Positions 30,313 through 40,789 of a DNA stretch of 64,000 nt are shown here, piece after piece. This stretch comes from Patescibacteria group bacterium (GTDB taxonomy: Bacteria; Patescibacteriota; Microgenomatia; Levybacterales; UBA12049). The position numbers and the translations under genes were made by a program. Numbering within the stretch: the stretch's first letter is position 1; each line of letters starts with the position of its first letter. The notes beneath the pieces are model-generated. The model saw only the letters and a program-made list of their open reading frames with translations, made no database searches and was not told the origin of the DNA. Where the stretch lies: positions 777,226 through 841,225 of the forward strand of contig BPJB01000001.1 in assembly GCA_026004395.1 (NCBI GenBank), written 5' to 3'.

Positions 30313-33161
30313 AAAATTTTCTTGATAGAAAAGAAACTTATTTAATAGTTATACTCAGCTTTATTTTACTTTTTCTTGTTTTAGTTAATAAAAATACTTT
30401 TGCTCAAGTTTGTTCTACATACTGTAATGAACAATATGGTATTCCTACAAATCATGTTTGTGCGTATGTAATTGATTGTAATGGTTATGAAATCTGTAGA
30501 GCTGCTCCTCGAAACTGTATGGGTTATGAATGTATTTATTGTCCGCCCCCACCATCTTCTGATGGTGGTTATGGGGATGGTTCGTATGATGCACCATATA
30601 ATAGTCCATATTATGCAGATTTTCGTGTTACAGGGGTTGGTGTGAGGAATAGGAATGGTAATACTCAGTCGTATTATGTAGCAGATTCACCTGGGTATAA
30701 TATCGATGGAGATCCGATATATGTTTCTGTGAGTATATTGAATGATGGTAATGGTTATCCTGATACTTCTTCAAGGCATGCTGTGTATAAGGATGTTGAT
30801 GCATATAATAGTGGTTCAGCCTCCATGTATATAGACTCATCTGATAACTGGCCTCCAGGCACTACAGCTACTTATCAGTCATGGTCTGGAGGTGTAGGCA
30901 GTGGTCAGTTTACGAGTCCATATTTTATGCAGCGTAATGCAGGTAGGTATAGGGTTTATGTTAAAGCCAACTATAATAATGCGGTGACGGAGTGGAATTA
31001 TTCAAATAATACGGGGTCTAGCGCTATTTATGAGGTCAGATCATCAATTTTTGGTTGGGTGTGTTGGAGTTTGGATGAGGATGCCCAGTGTGATGATGCT
31101 AGTGGGAGTACACCAGCTGATCCTTTGGTGAGTAATATACGGATTAGTTTGTATAGGGATGATAATAATAATTATGGTACTTTTTTGGGTACAGATACTA
31201 CGGTGCAAACGAGTAATTGGAACAGAAGTTATGCTTTTGATAATCTGAGTGCTGGAGATTATAAAGTGAGTTGGGATGATCCTGATTGGCTGCCTATTTC
31301 CTCACAGGAGAGGACAGCAAGTCTTGGTCCGCATACGAGGATCAGGTTTGCGGTGAAGCCAGCGTATAGGCTTTGGGGTTATGTGTTTGTGGATGAGGAT
31401 CGGGATGGTGTTCGGGATAGTAATGAGACTGTGGGATATTCTGGGGTGAGAGTTAGTTTGAGTGGTGAGGAGAGTAGGACGACGACGACAGATGCTAATG
31501 GGATGTATGAGTTTACTTCTCTTCCACGTGGTACGTATACGATCACGATTACAGAGCCTAATGGGTATAAGGCTTATCCTTCAGTGAGTAAGCAGCAGGT
31601 AATAGATCGTAATGAGACTCAGAGGAACTGGAGGAATGATTTTGGTATCAATCGGGTGTATAGTATAACAGGTAGGGTGTATGCTGATGCCAATCGGGAT
31701 GGGAGTTATTCAGCAGCTGATGTTGCGATAGCTAATCAGAGTGTTAGTTTGACAGGGAGTAGTTCAGCGAGTGTTGTTACTGACTCCAATGGGGTGTATA
31801 GTTTTGATAGACTTGAGCCTGGTGAGTATTTGGTGACTACTACACCACCTGCTGATTATACGGTGTTGACCTCACTTCCTTTGCGGGTGGTAATCACCTC
31901 TTCTAATGTAGCTAATCAAGATATACGTTTTTATGGTAAGTATACGATCTCAGGTGTGGTGTTTGTTGATGAGGATGATAGTAAGACGAAGAATAATCAG
32001 GAGCAGAATTATCCAGCTAATCCGCAGATAGCAGTTACCTCATCTCCAACTGGAGCTCCTCTTCCTCAGGTGGTGAATAATGCTGATGGTTCGTATCAGG
32101 TAACAGGACTTATCTCAGGGGAGTATACAGTGGCGTATAGTGCGCTGCCTCTTGGGTATTATGTGTTTCATCCCCGACCAGCGTTCTATGCTCCAAGAGT
32201 TGGTGTTGGCTGTAGTCCTGCGCCCCAGTCACCAGGAGGAAGCTGTGATGGAAATAACAATATAGTTGATCTGAACTTTGCGATCAAAGCTGGTGAGCCG
32301 TGGATGCAGATCTATGGTGCGGATGTGAGGTTTGATGAGGGGTTGAATGACCCTGTGCCTCCAACACCTAATGCTGCCTGTGGTGGTGCTTATGTGATCC
32401 TGCCGGGTAGTGGTGGTACTCCTGGTGTTGGATTTAGTGGAGATCTGCCACCTAAGCTTAATCTGGGTAGTATCTCCTCTTTGGGTTGGCTGGTGGGTGG
32501 TGTGCAGTATCCCTCGTTGTTTAAGCCGGTGAGAGCTAAGGTGATCAGAACAGCTTATGGTTATCTGATGTTTGCTGTTGGTCGGGGTAATGTGCGTACT
32601 GTTAATCTCTCCTCTGTATGTGATCCTGCCAACTGTACTCTGCCTGCTTCTTTGGCATCAGGTATCTATACTGCAACAGGAAATGTTAATCTTAATGCTT
32701 TTACCTTTCCTGCTAATCGGGACTATATCTTCCTCATAGATGGTACTCTGCGTATTAAAGGACAGATCCGAGTTCCCACTACCTCAACAGCTACATTCTC
32801 TGTCTCTGAGGATATCCTCATTGATGGCAGTGTGGGTAGTCCTCCTTCCTGTCCTCCACCAGCTGTTGGAGCTGCTGATCTGGAGGGTTTTTACAGTGCT
32901 GATCGCAACTTTATCGTTGAGAGTTCTCCTCAGACTGACTGTTCAGCAGGTATCATCGATAAACAGCTTAATGTCCAAGGAGCAATTGTTGTGGATGCTG
33001 GACAGAGAACACCAGGTGGAAGATTTACCAACAACAGAACCTTCTGCACCCAAAATATTGACTACCCCTCCTTCACCCTCAAAGCTAGACCTGATTTCAT
33101 CCTTAATGCCCCTGAGTTCATCAAACGCGAAAACTTCATCTGGCAAGAAGTAGCACCATAA
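30309..33161 (+). CDS. Large secreted/surface protein with Cys-rich N-terminus and tandem Cna-B/SdrD-B-like (prealbumin-fold) repeats
   Basis: 950 aa. Signal/TM at N-terminus, Cys-rich segment (CSTYCNEQYG...CAYVIDCNGYEICRAAPRNCMGYECIYC). At least four repeats of the G.V..D.N.DG..D..E.....V.V.L......TTTD.NG.Y.F..L..G.Y type (e.g. GYVFVDEDRDGVRDSNETVGYSGVRVSL...TDANGMYEFTSLPRGTYTIT). Confidence 0.55.
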   Translation: MKNFLDRKETYLIVILSFILLFLVLVNKNTFAQVCSTYCNEQYGIPTNHVCAYVIDCNGYEICRAAPRNCMGYECIYCPPPPSSDGGYGDGSYDAPYNSPYYADFRVTGVGVRNRNGNTQSYYVADSPGYNIDGDPIYVSVSILNDGNGYPDTSSRHAVYKDVDAYNSGSASMYIDSSDNWPPGTTATYQSWSGGVGSGQFTSPYFMQRNAGRYRVYVKANYNNAVTEWNYSNNTGSSAIYEVRSSIFGWVCWSLDEDAQCDDASGSTPADPLVSNIRISLYRDDNNNYGTFLGTDTTVQTSNWNRSYAFDNLSAGDYKVSWDDPDWLPISSQERTASLGPHTRIRFAVKPAYRLWGYVFVDEDRDGVRDSNETVGYSGVRVSLSGEESRTTTTDANGMYEFTSLPRGTYTITITEPNGYKAYPSVSKQQVIDRNETQRNWRNDFGINRVYSITGRVYADANRDGSYSAADVAIANQSVSLTGSSSASVVTDSNGVYSFDRLEPGEYLVTTTPPADYTVLTSLPLRVVITSSNVANQDIRFYGKYTISGVVFVDEDDSKTKNNQEQNYPANPQIAVTSSPTGAPLPQVVNNADGSYQVTGLISGEYTVAYSALPLGYYVFHPRPAFYAPRVGVGCSPAPQSPGGSCDGNNNIVDLNFAIKAGEPWMQIYGADVRFDEGLNDPVPPTPNAACGGAYVILPGSGGTPGVGFSGDLPPKLNLGSISSLGWLVGGVQYPSLFKPVRAKVIRTAYGYLMFAVGRGNVRTVNLSSVCDPANCTLPASLASGIYTATGNVNLNAFTFPANRDYIFLIDGTLRIKGQIRVPTTSTATFSVSEDILIDGSVGSPPSCPPPAVGAADLEGFYSADRNFIVESSPQTDCSAGIIDKQLNVQGAIVVDAGQRTPGGRFTNNRTFCTQNIDYPSFTLKARPDFILNAPEFIKRENFIWQEVAP

Positions 33162-33211
33162 TAAAAAGCTTCTAAGAATTGTTTTAAAATGCAAGAGAAA
33201 AATAATTTTTA

Positions 33212-34159
33212 TTAAAATCTCGATCTACTTCTCGCTGCAAAACTAAGGTTAAATTCCTCAGCAATAATTTCATTAATCTGCGACCCAAAGTTGCGTACAT
33301 CAAAAGGTAAAATATGAAAAACACATTGTACTGATCCTACAAGATTAGGATACTGCCTATCCCATTGCGGACTAGGAACAACAAAATTGACAATAAATTC
33401 ATTATTTGGACAAACTGCATGAGATGATCTATGACGTATATTCTCTATTGACATCTGATATGCAGAGAACTTATTCTGATATTTCTCATCATTTTGTGAG
33501 AGAGAATACTCAACAAATTGTGTCAATACGGGTTGTCCATTAGTTACTTCTATGACTACTCCATCAGGTACAGAAACTCCATAAATTGTCCGCGAACCAT
33601 ACTCATGGTTTATCTTACAATCCTTTTCAAAGAAATTTAAAAATAATTCTTCTGTAATTTCTGGAGAGATGAGAATTCCTTCTCTTACTCGAGGACGATA
33701 ATAATAATATCCAATATCCTCAAATACTTTTCCCGCAAATCTTCCTCTTGCTTCTTCTGCTGATACTCCTTGTCGGCGTTGTCTGCGCAAATGACTCAAA
33801 CAGTTATTGAATCTTGGGGTCTTTTTATATGATCTATAAGCTTCGCGCACTGTTAATGCTTTTGCTATTTCATCTTCAGTGAGTGATGTCTGAATAGTTG
33901 ACTGTTTTTTCAGTGCATCTACCAAAAAAAGCTGTATTGTATCCAACTCTCCAATCTCTATCTGTTCTAAGACTGCATTGGGATCAACATTCTGAGGAGA
34001 AACTGGTTCTAAAATATTATAATAGTTATTATGTTCCCCATTTTTATTACCAGCTCTCTTTTTATCTTGTTCTCTAACTGTATTAATGAAAAATATGCTG
34101 GCAACATCACTTGGACCACCATGGAAATATCCATTTTTCTTTAGTTCCTTTTGAGACAT
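33212..34159 (-). CDS. Hypothetical protein
   Basis: 315 aa ORF with no recognisable motif. Confidence 0.3.
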   Translation of the reverse strand: MSQKELKKNGYFHGGPSDVASIFFINTVREQDKKRAGNKNGEHNNYYNILEPVSPQNVDPNAVLEQIEIGELDTIQLFLVDALKKQSTIQTSLTEDEIAKALTVREAYRSYKKTPRFNNCLSHLRRQRRQGVSAEEARGRFAGKVFEDIGYYYYRPRVREGILISPEITEELFLNFFEKDCKINHEYGSRTIYGVSVPDGVVIEVTNGQPVLTQFVEYSLSQNDEKYQNKFSAYQMSIENIRHRSSHAVCPNNEFIVNFVVPSPQWDRQYPNLVGSVQCVFHILPFDVRNFGSQINEIIAEEFNLSFAARSRSRF

Positions 34160-34225
34160 GATGCAATATTATAAATAAGTTCTACTATAAATACAATTTA
34201 AAAATTTAATAACGAAGATATCTTT

Positions 34226-35548
34226 TTATGAAATTGGATATTTATCACAAAAAATTCTCACTTCTTTTGCAATACTAAGAAGTTTTTTATTCTTCCATAC
34301 ATTTTTTCTGAAATCTTTCCAAAAGGCAGATCGTTTTTCCTTATCATCTGGTAAAGGATTCCCTTTGACCTCATCAATTACTGCATTTATCCAATTGGCA
34401 ATTTTAATCATATCTCTTTCTTTCATCCCGCGTGTTGTAACTGCTGGAGTACCTAATCTTATTCCTGAAGGATAAAAAGGAGGCATTGGATCATTAGGAA
34501 CTGCATTTTTATTAACAACGATACCAGCAACTTCTAATGCCAAAGCACCAACAGCACCATTTACGTTCTTATTGCGTAAGTCTATAAGGAGTAAGTGGTT
34601 ATCTGTTCCACCACTTACGAGATCAAAACCAAGTTCTTTTAATTTCTCAGCTAACTTTTTGGCGTTTTTTACTACCTGCTCACCATATTTTCTAAATTTG
34701 GCAGAAGATGCTTCTTTGAGCGCAACAGCAATCGCAGCTGTCTGATTGTCATGGGGTCCACCTTGAAGTCCTGGAAAAACAGCTTTATCTATTTTATCTG
34801 CAAGTTCTGGATCTTTTGTTAGCCCTTTTTCAGTGACCATAATCATTGCACCTCTTGGTCCACGCAGTGTCTTGTGCGTTGTTGTCATAATAATATGAGC
34901 GTAGGGAACAGGACTTGGATGTACCCCGGCTGCTACCAAACCTGCAATATGAGAAATATCTGCCAAGAGATATGCATCAGTCTCATCGGCAATCTTTCCA
35001 AAACGCTTGAAATCTATTATCCTAGGATAGGCTGTATAACCGCAGATAATAATCTTGGGTTTCTCTTTGAGTGCTAATCTTTCAATTTCATCATAATCTA
35101 GCATACCATTTTTACCAAGTGTATAAGGTACTGTCTTGTAATATTTGCCTGCAAGAGAGACTGAAGCCCCATGTGTGAGATGACCACCAAATGCAAGAGA
35201 AAGACCCATAATCTTATCTTTCAATGGTTCAAGAAGTGCAAAAAATACTGCAGCATTTGCAGGAGATCCTGAGTAGGGTTGCACATTCACATGTGGAACA
35301 TTAAAAAGCTCTTTAGCTCGCTCCTCTGCTATTAACTCAATGCTATCAATATAACTATTTCCTTGATAATATCTTTTTTTAGGATATCCTTCAGAATATT
35401 TGTTATTTAATACTGTTCCTAGGGCTTCTAGAACAGCTTGAGAGGTGTAATTTTCAGATGGAATCATTTCTAAAACGTCTCTTTGGCGCTTTTCCTCTTG
35501 TTTTATCAGTTCGTGGATTTGTGGATCTACTCTCTTGAGATATTTCAT
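34226..35548 (-). CDS. glyA: Serine hydroxymethyltransferase
   Basis: 440 aa. PLP-lysine region VTTTTHKTLRGPRGAMIM, and N-terminal EL..QE..RQ...LE.IPSENYTS typical of SHMT. Confidence 0.9.
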   Translation of the reverse strand: MKYLKRVDPQIHELIKQEEKRQRDVLEMIPSENYTSQAVLEALGTVLNNKYSEGYPKKRYYQGNSYIDSIELIAEERAKELFNVPHVNVQPYSGSPANAAVFFALLEPLKDKIMGLSLAFGGHLTHGASVSLAGKYYKTVPYTLGKNGMLDYDEIERLALKEKPKIIICGYTAYPRIIDFKRFGKIADETDAYLLADISHIAGLVAAGVHPSPVPYAHIIMTTTHKTLRGPRGAMIMVTEKGLTKDPELADKIDKAVFPGLQGGPHDNQTAAIAVALKEASSAKFRKYGEQVVKNAKKLAEKLKELGFDLVSGGTDNHLLLIDLRNKNVNGAVGALALEVAGIVVNKNAVPNDPMPPFYPSGIRLGTPAVTTRGMKERDMIKIANWINAVIDEVKGNPLPDDKEKRSAFWKDFRKNVWKNKKLLSIAKEVRIFCDKYPIS

Positions 35549-35720
35549 TTTTTATTTCCTTTAAATAATAGACAATCTTTTTTATGACCTACCAAAATGT
35601 ACTAATTGTGTATATTTTTTTTCATTAAACAATACAAGTATACTCTGATTTGATTGAATTGACAACACCATCAAAGAGAACAAAAATATAAAAGAAAACA
35701 ATTCAAATCAAACTAAAAGT

Positions 35721-36443
35721 TTATGATAAAACTCTTCTAATGTAAGAAACTGAAGATTCTCTTTTCTCAACAAGTAGATACGCATGATCGCCAAACTCAT
35801 CGATAATATCTAAATTATTGCGTTCTAATAAATCAAAAAGCTTTCTTCTTGATGCTCCCCAATAAGGATTAAGATATAAAAATGTCAAAAATGCTCTTCC
35901 TTTTGGATATAAAATATCAGTATATATTGGTATGATTGTCTCTCCTTGTGTCAACGTTCCATCACTATCGCTTCCAAAATCATGATAAGCTGCGCCACTG
36001 GAATCAATAATAAAATGAAATTTTTTCTGTCCTCTTATACGTTCATAATATTCTTGAACACTACCAATAAAAATCGTATCAATATTTTTACTAGCGAGAA
36101 TTTCTTCCTGTTCAGGCTCCATTGTTACTCCTGTGGTTTCTACAAATTTTCCAATTTTTGCTTGTTGAGATTTAAGATCAGCAAGCATATTACCTTCACC
36201 GCATCCGCCATCCAAAACAGAAATTGCGGGAGCATCTTCAAAAATAGAAGCAATTTTTTTTAATTCTCCAATAAAAGAAAAACGTTGCCCTTTTTCTGCA
36301 ATGCGGCTTTCTATATAAGAAAGCGTTCTATTATGCACTTGACCATTACGCAGTCTTTCAACAAGCGGAATTACAGGTCTGTCTTTTCCATAAAGAACAT
36401 AAGAAGAAGGTACAGGATATACACTTTCTCTCATACGACACAC
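35721..36443 (-). CDS. Class I SAM-dependent methyltransferase
   Basis: 240 aa. SAM-binding motif I VLDGGCGEGNM. Substrate unknown. Confidence 0.55.
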   Translation of the reverse strand: MCRMRESVYPVPSSYVLYGKDRPVIPLVERLRNGQVHNRTLSYIESRIAEKGQRFSFIGELKKIASIFEDAPAISVLDGGCGEGNMLADLKSQQAKIGKFVETTGVTMEPEQEEILASKNIDTIFIGSVQEYYERIRGQKKFHFIIDSSGAAYHDFGSDSDGTLTQGETIIPIYTDILYPKGRAFLTFLYLNPYWGASRRKLFDLLERNNLDIIDEFGDHAYLLVEKRESSVSYIRRVLS

Positions 36444-36445
36444 AA

Positions 36446-36976
36446 TTATACTTTTTTAAGGGTAAAAAAAGAATAGTGAAATTGTTCTGAAAAATGATCC
36501 TCTCTATCAATAATTTTTGTAAATTCTTTATATTCTGGAAAATATACATCAGCATCAGGAAAATCGGCATCAACAACAGTCAAATACAAAGTGTCAGCTA
36601 TTGGTAATGCTTGTTCAAAAATCTGTCCACCACCGATAATAAATATCAGATCATTGCCTTTTTCTCTCTTGGCAATTTCTAATGCATCCTGAAGAGATGA
36701 AACAGCACGTAGATCCTGCATTTTTTTACCCTCAATTTTTGCTTTCTGAAGAAAGCCTTGGGTGTCATGCGTGATAACGATGTTTACTCTCCCCGGTAAA
36801 ACACGACCAATGGAATCAAATGTCTTTCTTCCCATAATAATCGGATGCCCCATGGTGATTTTTTTGAATCGCTGTAGCTCACCCGGAATATGCCAAAGAA
36901 GCTTATTATCTTTACCAAGTTCACGATTGCGACCAATTGCAGCAATTATACTTATTGAATGTCGCTGTTTACTCAT
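36446..36976 (-). CDS. folA: Dihydrofolate reductase
   Basis: 176 aa. ISIIAAIGRNRELGKDNKLLWHIPGELQRFKKITMGHPIIMGRKTFDSIG is the DHFR signature. Confidence 0.8.
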   Translation of the reverse strand: MSKQRHSISIIAAIGRNRELGKDNKLLWHIPGELQRFKKITMGHPIIMGRKTFDSIGRVLPGRVNIVITHDTQGFLQKAKIEGKKMQDLRAVSSLQDALEIAKREKGNDLIFIIGGGQIFEQALPIADTLYLTVVDADFPDADVYFPEYKEFTKIIDREDHFSEQFHYSFFTLKKV

Positions 36977-37935
36977 ATATTTTTCTCATAAAGACCACCC
37001 GCAACAGTTAACTCACCTTTAAGGACAGGATGAGGATTGTAATTCTCAAGAGTAACATGTTCTGGTCTAAAATCTTCCAACGATTTTACAGATGGATCAA
37101 TAGTAACAGTTGGTAAAGAACGCGGCTTACGTCTGAGCTGTTCTTTTACCTGCTCAATATGATTTTCATAAATATGAGCATCACCAAATGTGTGGATAAA
37201 CTCACCTGGTTTGTAACCAGTAATTTGACATAAAATCAAAAGAAGTAATGAGTAGCTTGCAATATTGAATGGAACTCCTAAGAACAAATCTGCACTTCGT
37301 TGATAAAGTTGCAATGATAGCTTCCCTCCTTTTTGGCTGATTTGGTACATGTTGTGGCATATAGGAAATCGCGAAGCATCCTCATACGTTGCCATAGTAT
37401 ATAGATACTCTGGATTCCACGAAGTAACAATAAGATTTCGAGCATCAGGATCATCCTTCAGTTCCTGCAGCACCCACTTAAGCTGATCAATTGTCCGTCC
37501 TGGAGTACGAGTAGGCCAAGCTCGCCACATCTCTCCATAAATTTTGGGCAACTCACCCCATTTCTTAGCGAAGTCTTCATCGTTTTTAATTCTCTCTATA
37601 AACTCTTCCTTTGTTAATTTTAAGCTGCGACCTTTGTTCTTTAAGTTATAAATTTTGTAAGGATAGTCATCCCAGATATGAACATTATTATCTACAAGAT
37701 ATTTAATATTTGTCTGTCCTGACATAAACCAATAAAGTTCATGCACTACTCCTTTCCAGTAAACTCTTTTTGTAGTAAGCAGAGGAAACCCTTTTGTGAG
37801 GTCATATCTCGTCTGACGCCCAAAAACACTGTAGGAGATTGCTCCTGTTCCTCGATCAACATTTTTTATACCTTTTTCAAGTACTTCCTCAAGGAGATTA
37901 AGATATTGATACTCTGGATGATTATTTTTACGCAT
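36973..37935 (-). CDS. thyA: Thymidylate synthase (ThyA type)
   Basis: 320 aa. Active-site region FPICHNMYQ, DLFLGVPFNIASYSLLL and RRKPRSLP motifs. 4-nt overlap with folA. Confidence 0.9.
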   Translation of the reverse strand: MRKNNHPEYQYLNLLEEVLEKGIKNVDRGTGAISYSVFGRQTRYDLTKGFPLLTTKRVYWKGVVHELYWFMSGQTNIKYLVDNNVHIWDDYPYKIYNLKNKGRSLKLTKEEFIERIKNDEDFAKKWGELPKIYGEMWRAWPTRTPGRTIDQLKWVLQELKDDPDARNLIVTSWNPEYLYTMATYEDASRFPICHNMYQISQKGGKLSLQLYQRSADLFLGVPFNIASYSLLLLILCQITGYKPGEFIHTFGDAHIYENHIEQVKEQLRRKPRSLPTVTIDPSVKSLEDFRPEHVTLENYNPHPVLKGELTVAGGLYEKNI

Positions 37936-37980
37936 GGATTATGCTCTAAACTTTTCTAGATGACTTTTACAAAAAAAACG

Positions 37981-38520
37981 TCACACCTGAGTTTCTTTCT
38001 GAGTGGCACTAACTCTGCCTCCTTGCCACTGACCTCGATACATATTTCCTCCGCCTGAGACTTCCTCAAACTGAGCATGGATTATACGAGCTCCCATCTC
38101 AATTGTTACTGGCACTGGTCCTTCATTTTTTACTCCAAAGACAAGCGGGCCGCGGTATCCAGGTGCTACATTACCTGTTCTAATAAAAAGCCCTGAACGA
38201 AATGTTGTTGATCGGGGTTTAAAATTAATCGTGAGATTCTGAGGAGTATTTACTTTTTCAATAGTCTTAAAAAGATAAAACTCATTTGGCTGAATTGTGA
38301 TACTGCGTTTTTCGCCCTCTTGATAGGCAACGACAAGTTTAATATCCGGTGTCTTGCGCTCTGTCTCTCCTAAAAATCCCTCTCCGTGAATGGAGTACAC
38401 CTCTCCAACTCTCAGATCAAATCCTGCGCCCTCTGGATTAGTAAGCTCACGCTCTGCTAGACCTTCTACTAAATTTTCTTTTTCAACAAGTTCAAGAAGT
38501 TTTTTTGGACCTAAGATCAT
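37981..38520 (-). CDS. dCTP deaminase/dUTPase-family protein (probable dUTPase of the Dcd-like type)
   Basis: 179 aa. dUTPase-superfamily beta-barrel pattern (GAGFDLRVGEVY...G..NV.PGYRG.L.F...N.G..PV.I..G.RI.H..F). Distinct from the canonical dcd at 39344. Confidence 0.55.
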   Translation of the reverse strand: MILGPKKLLELVEKENLVEGLAERELTNPEGAGFDLRVGEVYSIHGEGFLGETERKTPDIKLVVAYQEGEKRSITIQPNEFYLFKTIEKVNTPQNLTINFKPRSTTFRSGLFIRTGNVAPGYRGPLVFGVKNEGPVPVTIEMGARIIHAQFEEVSGGGNMYRGQWQGGRVSATQKETQV

Positions 38521-38540
38521 AAAAATATTGATACCTTTTT

Positions 38541-39227
38541 TTAAAATTTATGATGTTGCTTTATCATTTGTATCATATCCAGTGTCACATCTTCAATAGA
38601 TTTTCTAGCATCAATTATAAAAAACTCTTGTGGAAATTCCTGGATAAGCCACTGATATCCCTCAAAGACCTTTTCCAAAATATGCTCTTCTTCATAAATC
38701 TCTTTTGCATCTGACTTTTTGAGAACTCTACTTATAGCTACCTCAGGAGTAATATCAAGATAAAAAGTAATATCCGGAACAATAAATTGACACTGCATTG
38801 CCAGAAGTTTTTGTGCTATTGGAAGCATTTTTTTCTTATCATAATCAAACCTTTCCCCCATCTCCCACATACCATAAGGAATAGCAGACCAAAAACATCT
38901 ATCAGTGATAACAACTTTACCCACTTTAAGAGCTGGCACAACAAGCTCCTGATGATGCAAAAATCTGTCAACAGTGAAAAGATGCTGAAAAGCTTCTTTT
39001 GGCAGATTGATTGAACCTTGAAGTAGACGATTTATAATATCTGCAATAAGTCCTTCTTTGCGTGGCTCACGCGTAGTGATAACTTCTTTCTCCTCTTTTT
39101 GCAAAAACTCTCTTAATCGAGGGACCTGAACTGTTTTTCCACTCCCATCTATTCCCTCAAGAGCTATGTACAAACCTCTATAAGGATTTCTTCTAAACTC
39201 CAAATCAAGCGCAAGATGATATTTCAT
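38541..39227 (-). CDS. tmk: Thymidylate kinase
   Basis: 228 aa. P-loop YIALEGIDGSGKTVQV, DRCFWSAIPY (DR(Y/F) motif region). Confidence 0.85.
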   Translation of the reverse strand: MKYHLALDLEFRRNPYRGLYIALEGIDGSGKTVQVPRLREFLQKEEKEVITTREPRKEGLIADIINRLLQGSINLPKEAFQHLFTVDRFLHHQELVVPALKVGKVVITDRCFWSAIPYGMWEMGERFDYDKKKMLPIAQKLLAMQCQFIVPDITFYLDITPEVAISRVLKKSDAKEIYEEEHILEKVFEGYQWLIQEFPQEFFIIDARKSIEDVTLDMIQMIKQHHKF

Positions 39228-39343
39228 ATTTTATTATATCCTCCTAAGATTAGTCTGTTTATTTTAACAAGTGATATCTTAACTATTTGACTGGAACATT
39301 AAATACAATCAAAATACTTAATCAGAAAAAATACTTAGAGAAC

Positions 39344-39916
39344 TTATTTATTATCTAGATGAATTCTGCTTTCGTTTGGACCATCTTGAATCTTATATTT
39401 GGCGTGTTTTTTCTTGTTATAGGGGATCTCAGCAGGACTTGAAAGCTCCTCAAATCCCATTGCGCATATTCTCATCCCTACTGTCAGAGCAACAGCCATT
39501 CTTCCCAGATTTCCTAATTCAAGAACACATTTACCATCCCATCCAGGATCAAACGTACTCGCTGTTGAGTGAACCACAATCCCCAGTCTCCCAAGAGAAG
39601 ATCTTCCCTCCAATCTTCCCATCAAATCAGGCGCAAGGGTTATATGTTCTAAAGTAACTGCAAGAACAAAGTCTCCTGGCTGCATAATAAATTGATCTCC
39701 ATCATTAAGCACAATTTCTGAGGTAATTTCATTACTGTAATCTTTTTTAGAGGGATCAATATACGGCTTTTTGCTGTGTTCAAACACCCGAAACACATTT
39801 CCAAGCCGAAGATCTATTGAACATGAACCTAATTGTTTTTCGTAATCAAGCTCAGGAAAAATTTTTATTCTCCCTTCCTTGATTGCTTTTTTGATATCTC
39901 TGTCTGATAAAACCAT
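39344..39916 (-). CDS. dcd: dCTP deaminase
   Basis: 190 aa. MVLSDRDIKKAIKEGRIKIFP......GS.S.DLRLG N-terminus and HSTASTFDPGWDG motif typical of Dcd. Confidence 0.8.
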   Translation of the reverse strand: MVLSDRDIKKAIKEGRIKIFPELDYEKQLGSCSIDLRLGNVFRVFEHSKKPYIDPSKKDYSNEITSEIVLNDGDQFIMQPGDFVLAVTLEHITLAPDLMGRLEGRSSLGRLGIVVHSTASTFDPGWDGKCVLELGNLGRMAVALTVGMRICAMGFEELSSPAEIPYNKKKHAKYKIQDGPNESRIHLDNK

Positions 39917-40147
39917 ATAAGGTTAATAATTTTTCCTTGAATTATACTTCTTATCCTTTTTAACAAAATAATGCAATAGCAATATGCGTATTGTATTTTA
40001 CATTAAGAAGAATTACAAGCAATATCCATTTGGGCTTCATTAATACATAAAAAAACTTTTACTATAAATTTTATTATTCGTTTTAGCTTGATTTATGCAA
40101 AACAAATATGTATAATGCGCCAAATATGAAATATCTTATAAGATTTT

Positions 40148-40789
40148 ATGTATATTTGTCATATGTCAAAAGAGAGATCTGATTTTATTAAACCAATACA
40201 TAATTTATTCCCTGTAAGCGAGAAGTCTGCTGAGATTGCTTTTGCATCTATTTTCGAATCTCTTGAGACAGAAAATACAGATTTTTTAGAATCCACAATA
40301 ACAGTATTTTCAACAGAAAATAAAAAATTATATCTTGATTTTATAAATGTCGCATCTTTTTTAAATACAATAATGACAATAATTGGGGATGATAGAGCTA
40401 TTGATTATTATTCAATAGGAACAATACTTGGATATGCAACACTAAGGACTGAGGCTTATTCTCGAGGAGGATGTCTACCTGAGATATCAGAGGAGATAAT
40501 AGATACTCAGCTTCTTGATTTTTTAGGTCAAGAAGCAAATATAGAAGAATTTCTTAAAGAAAATCCCCAAATGAATATGGAAAGAGTATTGAAGGGCATG
40601 ATCAAAACGTTAGAAGATTTCCATGAACAGGAACCAGCTCTTACCAAAGTTTTAAATAAGTATGTTACTACTAAGATAGATACACCAACTCACTCAATTT
40701 TATTCTTAAAAGGTTTTCTCAACATTTATTCAATTTTTAAAACAAATCATGAAGTCGAAAAAATTCGTTCAATTTTTGAAGGCAAATAA
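40148..40789 (+). CDS. Hypothetical protein
   Basis: 213 aa ORF with no recognisable motif. Confidence 0.3.
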   Translation: MYICHMSKERSDFIKPIHNLFPVSEKSAEIAFASIFESLETENTDFLESTITVFSTENKKLYLDFINVASFLNTIMTIIGDDRAIDYYSIGTILGYATLRTEAYSRGGCLPEISEEIIDTQLLDFLGQEANIEEFLKENPQMNMERVLKGMIKTLEDFHEQEPALTKVLNKYVTTKIDTPTHSILFLKGFLNIYSIFKTNHEVEKIRSIFEGK

